A stretch of DNA of 64,000 bases, from NCBI GenBank assembly GCA_963713975.1, contig OY970218.1, positions 537,451 to 601,450 on the forward strand, given 5' to 3'. The translations under genes and the position numbers were made by a program. This DNA comes from an uncultured Chloroflexia bacterium. GTDB taxonomy: Bacteria; Chloroflexota; Limnocylindria; Limnocylindrales; CSP1-4. Position 1 is the stretch's first letter. Every line of letters starts with the position of its first letter. Positions 44,931 to 54,309 of the stretch are shown piece after piece. The notes under the pieces were generated by a model that saw only the letters and a program-made list of their open reading frames with translations, had not been told where the DNA came from and ran no database searches.

Positions 44931-46295
44931 CTAGAAGTAGCGCATCGGGTTGACGGGGCTGCCACCGGCCCAGGGCATGCCGCCCACCCAGACCTCGAAG
45001 TGGAGGTGCGGTCCCGTTGCCCAGCCGCTGGAGCCGAGCCGGCCGACACGCTGGCCGCGGCCGACGGACTGGCCGGTGCCGACGGACAGCGAGGACATGT
45101 GGTTGTAGGTCGTGTACAGGCCGCTGCCGTGCGAGAGCCAGACCTGCCAGCCGCCGCCGTTGGACTTCCAGCCCGCGAACACGACGCGGCCTCCGCCTGC
45201 CGCCACGACGGATGAGCCGTAGTCGCCTGCGATGTCGATGGCAGCGTGGCCGGCGTGGGAGTACTGGCTGATGTAGTTGCCACCGCCCACCACGGGCCAG
45301 TGGAACCGCCCGCCCGAGTAGTTCGCAGGTCCACCGGGCGAGACCCGGCTGCTCCCGCGAGAGCTGCCGCCGCCCGAGGCCACCCGCGGCTTGGCGACAG
45401 GCTTCGGCGTGGGCTTCGGTGTCGGGATGGGAGCACCCTTGGCCCCCGGCAGGACGAGCACCTGGCCCACGACCAGCGTCGGGTCGTCGAGTCCGTTCAG
45501 GTCGAGGATCCTGGCCGGTTTGACGCCGTGCGCGGTGGCGAGCGAATCGAGGGTGTCCGTGTCCTTGACCGTGACCACCAGGCCGGACACCGGCGGGATG
45601 CGCAGGACCTGGCCGATGTGGAGATCGTCCTTGGACTTCAGCTTGTTCGCCCACCACAGGGTCATCATCGAGACGCCGAACTTGCGCGCGATGGTGACCA
45701 GAGTGTCGCCGGACTTGACCTTGTAGCGCTCGATCAGGTCGGAGCCGTCGGCCACGTTGGTATCGGGTGCGTATCCGGTGACGAGCGTTCCGTCCTCGAG
45801 CAGGCTGTCGGGCCCCGCGCTCGCCGGCTCTGCGATGGCCTCGGTAGAGACCTCGTCCGCAAGGACGAACGGTTGGAAGCTGGTGCTCCCGCCCTTGCGG
45901 CCCTCGAGCCCGGCCGCGACGTCGATCAGCTCGTCGGTCGGGCGGGTCAGACCACCGTTGATGGCCAGGCGGAGACCCTGACCGCTGCCCTGGGTGCCCC
46001 CGACGGCGCCACCGGGCGTGGCGGGGAGCACGGCGAGGAGGGATGCGACCGCGACGATCGCGGCAACGACGACGGGGAGCGCGCGCTCGGCGGTCGCGAA
46101 GGGTCGCAGGGCGGCGCGGATCGATGACGAGGCGGAACCGACGGGGCGACGGGCGAGGTCCTGCAACCACGCCTGGGCAGTACTGGCAATCCGCACGCTC
46201 CGGCGATTGACGCGGGCGATCACGGATTCTCGGTTCGGGCGGCGGCGGTCACGCTCACGATCGAGGCGCGGCACGCCATCCGTCGGCTTCTGCAA
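44931..46295 (-). CDS. Membrane-anchored LysM plus M23 family peptidoglycan metalloendopeptidase
   Basis: TM anchor, two LysM repeats (YKVKSGDTLVTIARKFGVS.., VTVKDTDTLDSLATAHGV..), and the M23 motifs HAAIDIAG and GPHLHFEV. Confidence 0.9.
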   Translation of the reverse strand: MQKPTDGVPRLDRERDRRRPNRESVIARVNRRSVRIASTAQAWLQDLARRPVGSASSSIRAALRPFATAERALPVVVAAIVAVASLLAVLPATPGGAVGGTQGSGQGLRLAINGGLTRPTDELIDVAAGLEGRKGGSTSFQPFVLADEVSTEAIAEPASAGPDSLLEDGTLVTGYAPDTNVADGSDLIERYKVKSGDTLVTIARKFGVSMMTLWWANKLKSKDDLHIGQVLRIPPVSGLVVTVKDTDTLDSLATAHGVKPARILDLNGLDDPTLVVGQVLVLPGAKGAPIPTPKPTPKPVAKPRVASGGGSSRGSSRVSPGGPANYSGGRFHWPVVGGGNYISQYSHAGHAAIDIAGDYGSSVVAAGGGRVVFAGWKSNGGGWQVWLSHGSGLYTTYNHMSSLSVGTGQSVGRGQRVGRLGSSGWATGPHLHFEVWVGGMPWAGGSPVNPMRYF

Positions 46296-46639
46296 TACGG
46301 TCTCCTGGCGCGAGGACCGGTCTGGGACGGGCGCCTGGGGGCGCCGGCCCGGTCCTCCGGGGGTTCGCTGTTCCGGTCATCAGGTCCCCCCGAGACCCCT
46401 TCCGGCTCGTCGCCGGAAGCGACCGAACGATCGTCGGAACGTACCAGAGTGGCGGCAGACCGCGCAAACGCCCGGCTCACTGTCCGGGGCGGCGCAGGTC
46501 CGTAAGTTTGGGGCCAGACGTCCCGAATCTCGGCATATCTGGCGAGAATGCGCTGGACTGGCGAGATTCGGCGGCCTTGCGCGCCCCGACGCCGGTCGAC
46601 CTGCCCGTCCGGCGCGCGTTGTGCCCGCAGGCCGCGGCC

Positions 46640-48052
46640 TCAGTCGAGCGTCTTGGTCAGCGTGGCGAGGAACTGGGCGTTGCTCTCGGTCTTGGCGATC
46701 CGGTTGAGCAGCAGCTCGATCCCCTCGTTGGTCCCGACCGCCGACAGCATCCGGCGCATCGTCCAGACCATCTTGAGCGTCCCCTCCTCGAGGAGGAGCT
46801 CCTCGCGACGGGTACCGGAGCGCTGGACGTCGATCGACGGGTAGATCCGCTTCTCGGCAAGCTTGCGGTCCAGGATGAGCTCGGAGTTGCCGGTGCCCTT
46901 GAACTCCTCGTAGATGACGTCGTCCATGCGGGACCCGGTGTCGACCAGACACGTCGCGATGATCGTGAGGCTGCCGTTCTTCTTGACAGTGCCGTCGGGG
47001 AGCACGTCATCCTCGATCTTGCGGGCGGCCCCGAAGAACCGCTTGGGCGGGTAGAGGGCGATCGGGTCGATGCCGCCCGACAGCGTCCGGCCGCTCGGCG
47101 GGAGCGCGAGGTTATACGCGCGCGCAAGGCGCGTGATCGAGTCGAGCAGGACGACCACGTCACGGCCGGTCTCGACCTGGCGCTTGGCGATCTCGAGCGC
47201 CATCTCGGCCACGTGGGTGTGGTTTTCGGTGGGCTCGTCGAAGGTGGAGCTGATGACCTCGCCGTGGACGCTGCGGCGCATGTCCGTGACCTCCTCCGGC
47301 CGCTCGCCGATGAGGGCGACCATGAGCAGGATGTCCGGGTAGTTTGCGCTGATGCCGTTCGCGATGCTCTTGAGCAGCATCGTCTTGCCGGCCTTGGGCG
47401 GGCTCACGATAAGCGCGCGCTGGCCCTTGCCGAGCGGGTTGACCAGGTTGACCAGGCGCTGGCTCAGGTTCTTGGGGTCCGACTCGAGGTTGATCAGCTC
47501 GATCGGATGGATCGGCGTCAGGTCCCCGAAGTGCGGGCGACGGCGGGCGGTGTCCGTGTCCACGCCATTGACGCTGTCAACGCGGATCAGGCCCCAGAAC
47601 TTCTCGCCCTCGTGTGGCGCGCGGACGGCCCCGGTGACGCGGTCGCCGACGCGGAGGCCGAAGCGCCGCACCTGGCTCGACGAGACATACACGTCGTCGT
47701 TGCTGGGCAGCAGGCCATGGCGGCGCATGAAGCCGTAGCCCTCGTCCACGATGTCGAGGATGCCGAAGGCATAGTCCAGCCCCGCGCGCTCCGTCTGCGC
47801 CTGGAGGATCAGGTCGACGAGCTCGTCGCGGTGGTCCTCGGCGGTTGTGTCGACCTCGAAGCCCTTGACAACCTCGCGGAGCTCCTTGACCGACATCTCG
47901 CGCAGGTCGCGGATGTCGAGGTCATTGCGCTCGCGGGCGGCTTCTAGCTCAGCTACCTCGTCCTGCTCGGTGACGGGCAGGCGATTCGTGGACTGGGGGC
48001 GACGACGCGGCCGGCGGTTGCGGCTGGTGCGCTGGTCGGGGCCATTCGGCAT
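46640..48052 (-). CDS. rho: Transcription termination factor Rho
   Basis: Walker A PPKAGKT and conserved Q/R loops. The N-terminus has a basic extension (RNRRPRRRP). The start is taken at MPNGPD; the track ORF extends to 48211. Confidence 0.95.
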   Translation of the reverse strand: MPNGPDQRTSRNRRPRRRPQSTNRLPVTEQDEVAELEAARERNDLDIRDLREMSVKELREVVKGFEVDTTAEDHRDELVDLILQAQTERAGLDYAFGILDIVDEGYGFMRRHGLLPSNDDVYVSSSQVRRFGLRVGDRVTGAVRAPHEGEKFWGLIRVDSVNGVDTDTARRRPHFGDLTPIHPIELINLESDPKNLSQRLVNLVNPLGKGQRALIVSPPKAGKTMLLKSIANGISANYPDILLMVALIGERPEEVTDMRRSVHGEVISSTFDEPTENHTHVAEMALEIAKRQVETGRDVVVLLDSITRLARAYNLALPPSGRTLSGGIDPIALYPPKRFFGAARKIEDDVLPDGTVKKNGSLTIIATCLVDTGSRMDDVIYEEFKGTGNSELILDRKLAEKRIYPSIDVQRSGTRREELLLEEGTLKMVWTMRRMLSAVGTNEGIELLLNRIAKTESNAQFLATLTKTLD

Positions 48053-48249
48053 TGGTTTGGGCACACCTTCGGGGTGGGGTCCGGCACCGGATCGATCCGG
48101 CGGGGAATGATGGGTCGCGCCACGGGCCGTCTGTCGCGCGGAATCGGGGTGCCGAGGCGCGCGGCCGGTGGGGATGACCCGAGGATATCGGACTGCGGCG
48201 CCGGGCGTCAATGCTCATCGCGAGCTCATCGCTCCGGCCGCGTCAAGCC

Positions 48250-49209
48250 TCAGGCGTCATCGTCGAGCGGACCGCCGTAGTCCACGAGCGGCGGGGGAAC
48301 GTCCTCGTCCCGTGGAACGCCGCGCAGTGCGAGCACGCCCCCGACCGCGATCGCAACCGCCCCTACGACCGCGCTCGAGACAAGGGCCTCCCCGAAGACG
48401 ATCGTCCCCACCAGGAACGACCACACCAGGGTCAGGTATCCGAGTGGGGCGAGGTCACTCGCTCGTCCCCACCGGTAGGCAGCCACCAGGAGCCGGTGCC
48501 CCGTCAGTGCGCCCAGCCCGACGATGGCGATACCCACCCACTCGACCGGCGTCGGCGTGGAGTCCGTCGGGATCGAGACCTCGAGGATCGTCGCCGCGAC
48601 GAGCCCGATGACCCCGGACCAGAACACGGTCACGTCGGTCGGATCGGTCCGGAGCGAACGTGTCAGCAGGCTGAAGATCGCGAGCGAGAATGCGCTCGTG
48701 AGGGGGACGAGCACGGCCGTGTCGAGATGCGACGGATCCACGCCCACGAGGACGACAACCCCACCGAACCCGAGCACGGCCCCGCCGATGGCGAACCGGG
48801 TCACCCGCTCCCCGAGGAACGGCCCAGCGAGCGCGATGACGATCAGCGGCGTGGTGGAGCCGAGCGCGCTGACCTCCGCGAGTGGCAGCAGCGACAGGGC
48901 GAGGAAGTAGGTCGCCGTGGCGGCGAACATGGCGAGCCCGCGGGCAAGCTGGGTCCACGGCCGCTTCGTCGCCATGAGGCGTCGCGGTTGCCGCCTGCCG
49001 GCAAACAGCAGCAGGGCCAGTAGGTAGCTGATGTGCCGGCCGAACACGACATGAACGACCGGGATGTCCGCCACGAGCGTCTTCGTCAGTGAATCTGTCG
49101 CAACGAAGACGAGCCCTGCCGATATGAAGATGAGCGCCCCATGGCGGGCCGGGGAGAGCCGGTCCAGGAATGGCTGCCACGGCAGAGCCAGGACCTGGCG
49201 GTCGGGCAT
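48250..49209 (-). CDS. EamA/DMT-family transporter
   Basis: 10-TM pattern with two EamA repeats. The ATG overlaps the upstream stop by 1 nt. Confidence 0.85.
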   Translation of the reverse strand: MPDRQVLALPWQPFLDRLSPARHGALIFISAGLVFVATDSLTKTLVADIPVVHVVFGRHISYLLALLLFAGRRQPRRLMATKRPWTQLARGLAMFAATATYFLALSLLPLAEVSALGSTTPLIVIALAGPFLGERVTRFAIGGAVLGFGGVVVLVGVDPSHLDTAVLVPLTSAFSLAIFSLLTRSLRTDPTDVTVFWSGVIGLVAATILEVSIPTDSTPTPVEWVGIAIVGLGALTGHRLLVAAYRWGRASDLAPLGYLTLVWSFLVGTIVFGEALVSSAVVGAVAIAVGGVLALRGVPRDEDVPPPLVDYGGPLDDDA

Positions 49210-50540
49210 CAGGTCGGGAGGATGTCGGTGAGGTGCCCGGTGGCGTCGAACCCGATCGGTGCGACGGCACCTGCGATCTCGCACGAGCCCGTCGCCACCA
49301 GCTCGGGGAGCAGCGGCTCCGACGCATAGAACCACTCGAGATGCTTCGTATCCATGAGGCGCACGATCCGCGCAGTGTCGGCACGCACCTTGAGGCAACA
49401 CGCGATCGCCACGTCAAGCGCCTGGCGGTCTGTGTCGACGGTCAGGGCGACCCTGGCGCCCTCGGGCGTCTTGGCCGTGACGCAGTTCATGTACGTCTTG
49501 GCGACATCCATGCGGTCCACGGCACGCCGGAGCACGACGTCCGCCATGCCGATCCCGACAGCGTTGCCCTCCGTCGCGTCGGTAAGGTCACGGACGATGA
49601 TCCGCTGGAGCAACGGCGGCCTGCCAGTGGGCCCGGAGTAGTACCGGCCGACGACGTTGGAATCCATGCCCAGCCCGCTGATGTCCTTCCCGATCAAGTC
49701 GAGGATGAGGACGTCCGCTGCACTAACAGGCAGGCGGGCGAGCGAGGCGTCAGCTTCGCGCAGCAGCTCCTGCTCACGGTCCACCATCGCCTCTGCTCGA
49801 ACAGCCTCGATCCGCCGGAGGCGCGCATGGCCGTTCTCGACGAGGGCCACGCCGAAGGGGATGGGGACGCGACTCAAGGTGAAGGTCGCGACAGCGGGGA
49901 TGAGCCGATGGAAGGTCGCGAACCCCTCGCCGTGGAAGGTGTCGGCGCCGCGCTGCTTGCCGAGGCCAATCGCGATCATCTTGAGCAGCCCGCTCTCCAC
50001 CGGGCCGGTGAAGTCCGTATGCGGCTTGACGCGGTTGATGGGAATGATGATGTCGGCGCCCTCGAGGGCCGCGCGATCGACGAACACCGGCACCCGATCC
50101 TCGACCGAGCCGATCTCGACCGTATCCATGCTCGAGCGGATCTCGCAGCCGACCGTGTCCTCGGTGATCCCCAGTGACGCGAGCACGGCGAGCTGTCCTT
50201 CCGCCGTCGCCGCACCGTGGCTCCCCATCGCCGGAACGACGAAGACCTCCAGGTCTCGGGCCCGGAGCGTCGATACGGTTGCCCGCACGACGTCGGCGAT
50301 CCGGTCGATCCCGCGACTGCCGATCGCCAGACACACCCGGCCGGAACGGGGCAGAAGCTCCGCCACCGAATCGACGGCCAGCCCGACCGCCCGGTCAACA
50401 TCCTCGACCGCGGTGGAGTCGATGCGGTGGTGGACGAGCGCCCAGGAAGGCAGACGATGGTGGTGGAATACGGCGAGCGGATCGGCGCGGTCGATCACCC
50501 CGGGCGGGGGCGACGGCGCATCGTCGCGGGCGACATCCAT
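49209..50540 (-). CDS. LarA-like / DUF2088 (lactate-racemase domain) protein
   Basis: 443 aa. AIGSRGIDRIADVV....L......VFVVPAMGSHGAATAEGQ..VL..LGITE..VGCEIRSSM matches my memory of the lactate-racemase-domain family. Confidence 0.65.
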   Translation of the reverse strand: MDVARDDAPSPPPGVIDRADPLAVFHHHRLPSWALVHHRIDSTAVEDVDRAVGLAVDSVAELLPRSGRVCLAIGSRGIDRIADVVRATVSTLRARDLEVFVVPAMGSHGAATAEGQLAVLASLGITEDTVGCEIRSSMDTVEIGSVEDRVPVFVDRAALEGADIIIPINRVKPHTDFTGPVESGLLKMIAIGLGKQRGADTFHGEGFATFHRLIPAVATFTLSRVPIPFGVALVENGHARLRRIEAVRAEAMVDREQELLREADASLARLPVSAADVLILDLIGKDISGLGMDSNVVGRYYSGPTGRPPLLQRIIVRDLTDATEGNAVGIGMADVVLRRAVDRMDVAKTYMNCVTAKTPEGARVALTVDTDRQALDVAIACCLKVRADTARIVRLMDTKHLEWFYASEPLLPELVATGSCEIAGAVAPIGFDATGHLTDILPT

Positions 50541-50551
50541 GATCGTCGCCC

Positions 50552-51328
50552 CTAGATGGTCATCGCGCTGAAGCCGCCATCCACGCGGACGATCGACCCG
50601 GTCACGTAGCCGGAGGCGGCCTCCGATGCCAGCCAGACGGCGGTTCCCACCAACTCGTGCGGCTCGCCCAGGCGCCCGGCCGGTGTGTGCGACATGATCG
50701 CGCGCAACCGGTCCTCGGACAGCAGGGCGCGGTTCTGCTCAGCGGGAAAGAACCCGGGAGCGATCGCATTGACGCGGATCTGATGCGGCGCGAGCTCGCG
50801 AGCGAGGTACTGGGTCAGGTTGTTCAAGCCCGCCTTCGCGACCGAGTACGTGAGAACGCGGGACAAGGGCGGCCCGGACGAGGCGGACGATATGTTGATG
50901 ATCGAGCCACCGTGGCCGTTGGTGATCATGGCCCGGGCGAAGACCTGGCATGCGACCAGCACGGCCGTGAGGTTCACGTCCAGCAGCCGATGCCACTCGT
51001 CCAGCCCGATCTCCAGGAATGGGGTTGCACTGTTCACGCCCGGGGCGTTCACGAGCACGTCGACAGGACCGAGCGTCCCCTCGACCTCCCGGCACGCTGC
51101 CTCCACCTGGATGGGATCCGTCGCATCCACCCGGACGGCCATGGCGCGGGCGCCTTGCGCAAGGAGTGCCTCGACTCGGGCCGCACCCCGCTCCTCGGAT
51201 CGGCCGAGCACTGCGACGGCCGCCCCCGCGTCGGCGAGACCGTGCGCGATGGCCCCACCGAGGACGCCCGTCCCGCCGATCACCGCGGCAACCCGCCCAG
51301 TGAGATCGAACACGCCCGTTGTGGTCAT
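50552..51328 (-). CDS. SDR-family oxidoreductase (gluconate-5-dehydrogenase/KduD-like)
   Basis: Contains the cofactor motif GGTGVLG and the catalytic Y..K (YSVAKAG). Confidence 0.92.
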   Translation of the reverse strand: MTTTGVFDLTGRVAAVIGGTGVLGGAIAHGLADAGAAVAVLGRSEERGAARVEALLAQGARAMAVRVDATDPIQVEAACREVEGTLGPVDVLVNAPGVNSATPFLEIGLDEWHRLLDVNLTAVLVACQVFARAMITNGHGGSIINISSASSGPPLSRVLTYSVAKAGLNNLTQYLARELAPHQIRVNAIAPGFFPAEQNRALLSEDRLRAIMSHTPAGRLGEPHELVGTAVWLASEAASGYVTGSIVRVDGGFSAMTI

Positions 51329-51436
51329 CGGCTTCCATCTCTCCCGTCACTGACCGTGGTCGGAGGTCGGCCAGGTTCCCCGTCGGTTGCGTCTACCACC
51401 CGCCGGTGCGATGTTTGCACACGCGGTGTCCGAGGG

Positions 51437-51453
51437 TCTACTGTAGGACAATC
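51437..51453. promoter_or_regulatory. 17-bp operator-like motif TCTACTGTAGGACAATC (copy 1 of 2)
   Basis: Lies in the SDR/cupin divergent intergenic region. It matches 57555..57571 at 16 of 17 positions and contains a GntR-style GT-N3-AC core (TGTaggACA). Confidence 0.6.
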
Positions 51454-51489
51454 AACCGCGGAACGCGAGCGAATCGAGGGACAGTGGCC

Positions 51490-51957
51490 GTGACCCAGTA
51501 CGTCTTCGATCCCCGTGAGGCCATCCGATACCGGTATCCGACGCACACCAACGACCTGATCATGGATCGTGCCCAGGGGTCCGCGGCCGAAGCGTTCTTC
51601 GTGATCCTCGAACCCGGTGAGGCGCCCCCGATCCACGTCCACCAGGACGCCGAGCAGGTGTTCTTCATCCTCGAGGGCGAGGGCGAGTTGGGGGTCGGGC
51701 CGGGAGCCACCGACAAGCATCCCCTGAAGGTCGGCGACTTCGTGCGGACGCCCCCCGGTGTCCCCCACTCCGTCCGATGCACGGGCCCGAGCCGCTTCGT
51801 GTACCTGAGCATCGACTGCTTCGTCGCCGGGCCCGATCCGGCCGAGCCGACCTGGGACTCCCACGTCCACCAGATGTGCAAGGACAACGGCTGGGATTTC
51901 GATGCCGTGAAGCTGGGCGCCGTCCCCGACGGCTCGGAAGCCCTGAACAAGCGCTGA
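51490..51957 (+). CDS. Cupin-domain protein
   Basis: Contains PPIHVHQDAEQVFFILEGEG......GDFVRTPPGVPHSV. GTG start (51484 or 51490). Confidence 0.8.
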   Translation: MTQYVFDPREAIRYRYPTHTNDLIMDRAQGSAAEAFFVILEPGEAPPIHVHQDAEQVFFILEGEGELGVGPGATDKHPLKVGDFVRTPPGVPHSVRCTGPSRFVYLSIDCFVAGPDPAEPTWDSHVHQMCKDNGWDFDAVKLGAVPDGSEALNKR

Positions 51958-51985
51958 GTCGCGTCCCGGGACCATTGGAGGAGTC

Positions 51986-52309
51986 ATGATCAGGCACTTC
52001 GCCGACCTCACGGTCGCACCGGAGCCCTACGCTGACTACCGGCCCGTGTTCGAGACGAGCCGGCTCAATGTCACGCAGGTCCGGATCCACCCGGGCGCAA
52101 CCGTGCCGAGGCACACCCATCTCGACGAGGACCAGGTCTACTACGTGGCCACGGGGACGGGCTTCGTGCTCCTGGACGGCGAGCGGACGGACGTGACGAC
52201 GGGCAGCAGCGTCCTCATCCCGATGGGCACCGAGCACGAGATCACGAACACGGGAACCGAGCCCCTGGACTACGTGTTCTTCGTGGTGTTCATTCCGGAA
52301 CGGGCATGA
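51986..52309 (+). CDS. Cupin-domain protein
   Basis: Contains VPRHTHLDEDQVYYVATGTG......SSVLIPMGTEHEITN. Confidence 0.88.
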   Translation: MIRHFADLTVAPEPYADYRPVFETSRLNVTQVRIHPGATVPRHTHLDEDQVYYVATGTGFVLLDGERTDVTTGSSVLIPMGTEHEITNTGTEPLDYVFFVVFIPERA

Positions 52310-53073
52310 CCGAATTCCTGCGCGACCGCCTTCGGACGGTTGTCCTCGCGAACCGCGAAGCACTCGGCGCGGAGTCCGCGCGGTATGCGGCCGGTCGCCT
52401 GAAAGCCCTCTTGGAACACCAGGCTCGCGTGCGGGTCATCTTCGCCGCCGCGGCATCCCAGGCCGAGATGCTCGCCGTGCTCGCGAAGGAGCCGGGGATC
52501 GACTGGACACGCGTGGACGCCTTCCATCTCGACGAGTACGTCGGACTCCCGATAGGGCATGAGCGGGCATTCGGCACCTGGCTGCACGAGCACATCTGGT
52601 CCCTGGTGCACCCGGGCCGAGTGGAGCGACTCGACGGCGGCAACCCCGCCGGTGGCGACGCGGAGGCGCTGCGCTACGGCGATCTCCTGGCGGACGGCGG
52701 GATCGATCTCGCGCTCCTCGGGATCGGCGAGAATGGCCACGTCGCCTTCAACGATCCGCACGTCGCAGACTTCGACGACCCGCTGTGGGTCAAGCCCGTC
52801 GAGATCGACGACACGAGTCGGCACCAGCAGGTGCGCGACGGGGCGTTCGACCGGTTCGAGGACGTCCCGCGGGTCGCCCTCACCGTGACCATGTCGACCA
52901 TCCGCGGGTGTCGCGTTGTCGCGCTCGTCGTGCCCGGGCCGCAGAAGGCCATCGCGGTCGCCGCCGCGCTGGACGGCCCGATCTCCGCCGCCTGTCCCGC
53001 GTCCATCCTGCGCGGCCACCCGGACGCCGTGCTGTTCGTGGACGAGTCCGCTGCCTCGCTTGTCAAGTCCTGA
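52306..53073 (+). CDS. Glucosamine-6-phosphate deaminase / 6-phosphogluconolactonase family protein (NagB-like)
   Basis: Contains DAFHLDEYVGL and LLGIGENGHVAFNDP, both NagB-type motifs. Confidence 0.85.
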   Translation: MTEFLRDRLRTVVLANREALGAESARYAAGRLKALLEHQARVRVIFAAAASQAEMLAVLAKEPGIDWTRVDAFHLDEYVGLPIGHERAFGTWLHEHIWSLVHPGRVERLDGGNPAGGDAEALRYGDLLADGGIDLALLGIGENGHVAFNDPHVADFDDPLWVKPVEIDDTSRHQQVRDGAFDRFEDVPRVALTVTMSTIRGCRVVALVVPGPQKAIAVAAALDGPISAACPASILRGHPDAVLFVDESAASLVKS

Positions 53074-53118
53074 CGGCGGCTGACGTCCCGCCCGCCGCAC
53101 GTGCCGAAGGAGCACTCG

Positions 53119-54309
53119 ATGACAACACTCGCCATCAACGGGGGAACCCCGGTCCGAACCAGGCCCTTCGCGGCTTGGCCCGTCTTCGGGCGCGAGGAGG
53201 AGGAAGCGCTGCTGCGCGCTCTCCGATCCGGGGTGTGGGGCTCGATCGACGGCACCTTCGTCAAGGAGCTCGAGATCGAGTTCGCAAAGGTCCAGGGTGC
53301 ACGCCACGGCATCGCGTGCGTCAATGGCACGATGGCGCTGTCGGTTGCGCTCAAGGCGCTGGGCGTCGGTCCTGGTGACGAGGTCATCGTCCCGCCGTAC
53401 ACGTTCATCGCCACGGCCAGCGCGGCGCTCATGATCGGTGCCGTTCCGGTGTTCGTGGACGTCGGTCTGGACACACTTCTCATCGACCCGACCCAGATCG
53501 ATGCTGCCGTGACTGCGCGGACGAAGGCCATCATCCCGGTCCACCACGGCGGATCGCCGGCCGACATGGACGGGGTCATGGCCGCGGCGCGCCGGCACGG
53601 CCTCAAGGTCGTCGAAGACGCCGCCCAGGCGCATGGTGCCGCGTGGCGCGGAACGCCGGTGGGCGCGATCGGTGACGTCGGGACCTTCAGCTTCCAGTCG
53701 TCCAAGCCAGTCAATGCGGGCGAAGGCGGCATGATGGTCACCAACGACGACGAGGCCGACGAGCTCCTGTGGTCCTATCGCAACGTCGGTCGTCGTCGTG
53801 GCGGCGAGTGGTATGAGCACGTCCGGCTCGGCTGGAACCTGCGCCTGTCCGAATTCCAGGCAGCGGTCATCCTGGAACAGTTGAAGCGGATGCCCGCCCA
53901 GCAGGCACACCGCAGCGAAGCTGCCGCGTACCTCTCGAGTCGGCTGCGCGAGATCCCGGGAGCGGTCCCGCTCAACGTGCCCGAGGGCGTCACCGCGCAC
54001 AGTTGGTACACGTATCACTGGCGCTGGCTCGGCGCCGAGCAGGGTGGGCTGCCGAAGAAGGCCTTCGCCGAGGCGCTGCGCGCAGAGGGCGTGCCGGTGT
54101 TTGCGGGCTATGTGCCACTCAACCGGAACCAGGCCGTGATCGACGAGATCGCGCGCCTGGGCGGTCAGGCCCCAGCCGCATGTCCGAACGCGGAACGTGC
54201 CGAGGCTGACGAGATCATGATGTTCTCGCTGTCCATCCTGATGGGCACCCACGAAGACATCGACGACGTCGTCGAGGCGATCGCCAAAGTGGCTGCGGCC
54301 CGGGCATGA
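53119..54309 (+). CDS. DegT/DnrJ/EryC1/StrS-family PLP aminotransferase
   Basis: Shine-Dalgarno GAAGGAG before the ATG at 53119. Contains GDEVIVPPYTFIATA, EDAAQAHGA and FSFQSSKPV (the PLP lysine). Confidence 0.9.
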   Translation: MTTLAINGGTPVRTRPFAAWPVFGREEEEALLRALRSGVWGSIDGTFVKELEIEFAKVQGARHGIACVNGTMALSVALKALGVGPGDEVIVPPYTFIATASAALMIGAVPVFVDVGLDTLLIDPTQIDAAVTARTKAIIPVHHGGSPADMDGVMAAARRHGLKVVEDAAQAHGAAWRGTPVGAIGDVGTFSFQSSKPVNAGEGGMMVTNDDEADELLWSYRNVGRRRGGEWYEHVRLGWNLRLSEFQAAVILEQLKRMPAQQAHRSEAAAYLSSRLREIPGAVPLNVPEGVTAHSWYTYHWRWLGAEQGGLPKKAFAEALRAEGVPVFAGYVPLNRNQAVIDEIARLGGQAPAACPNAERAEADEIMMFSLSILMGTHEDIDDVVEAIAKVAAARA

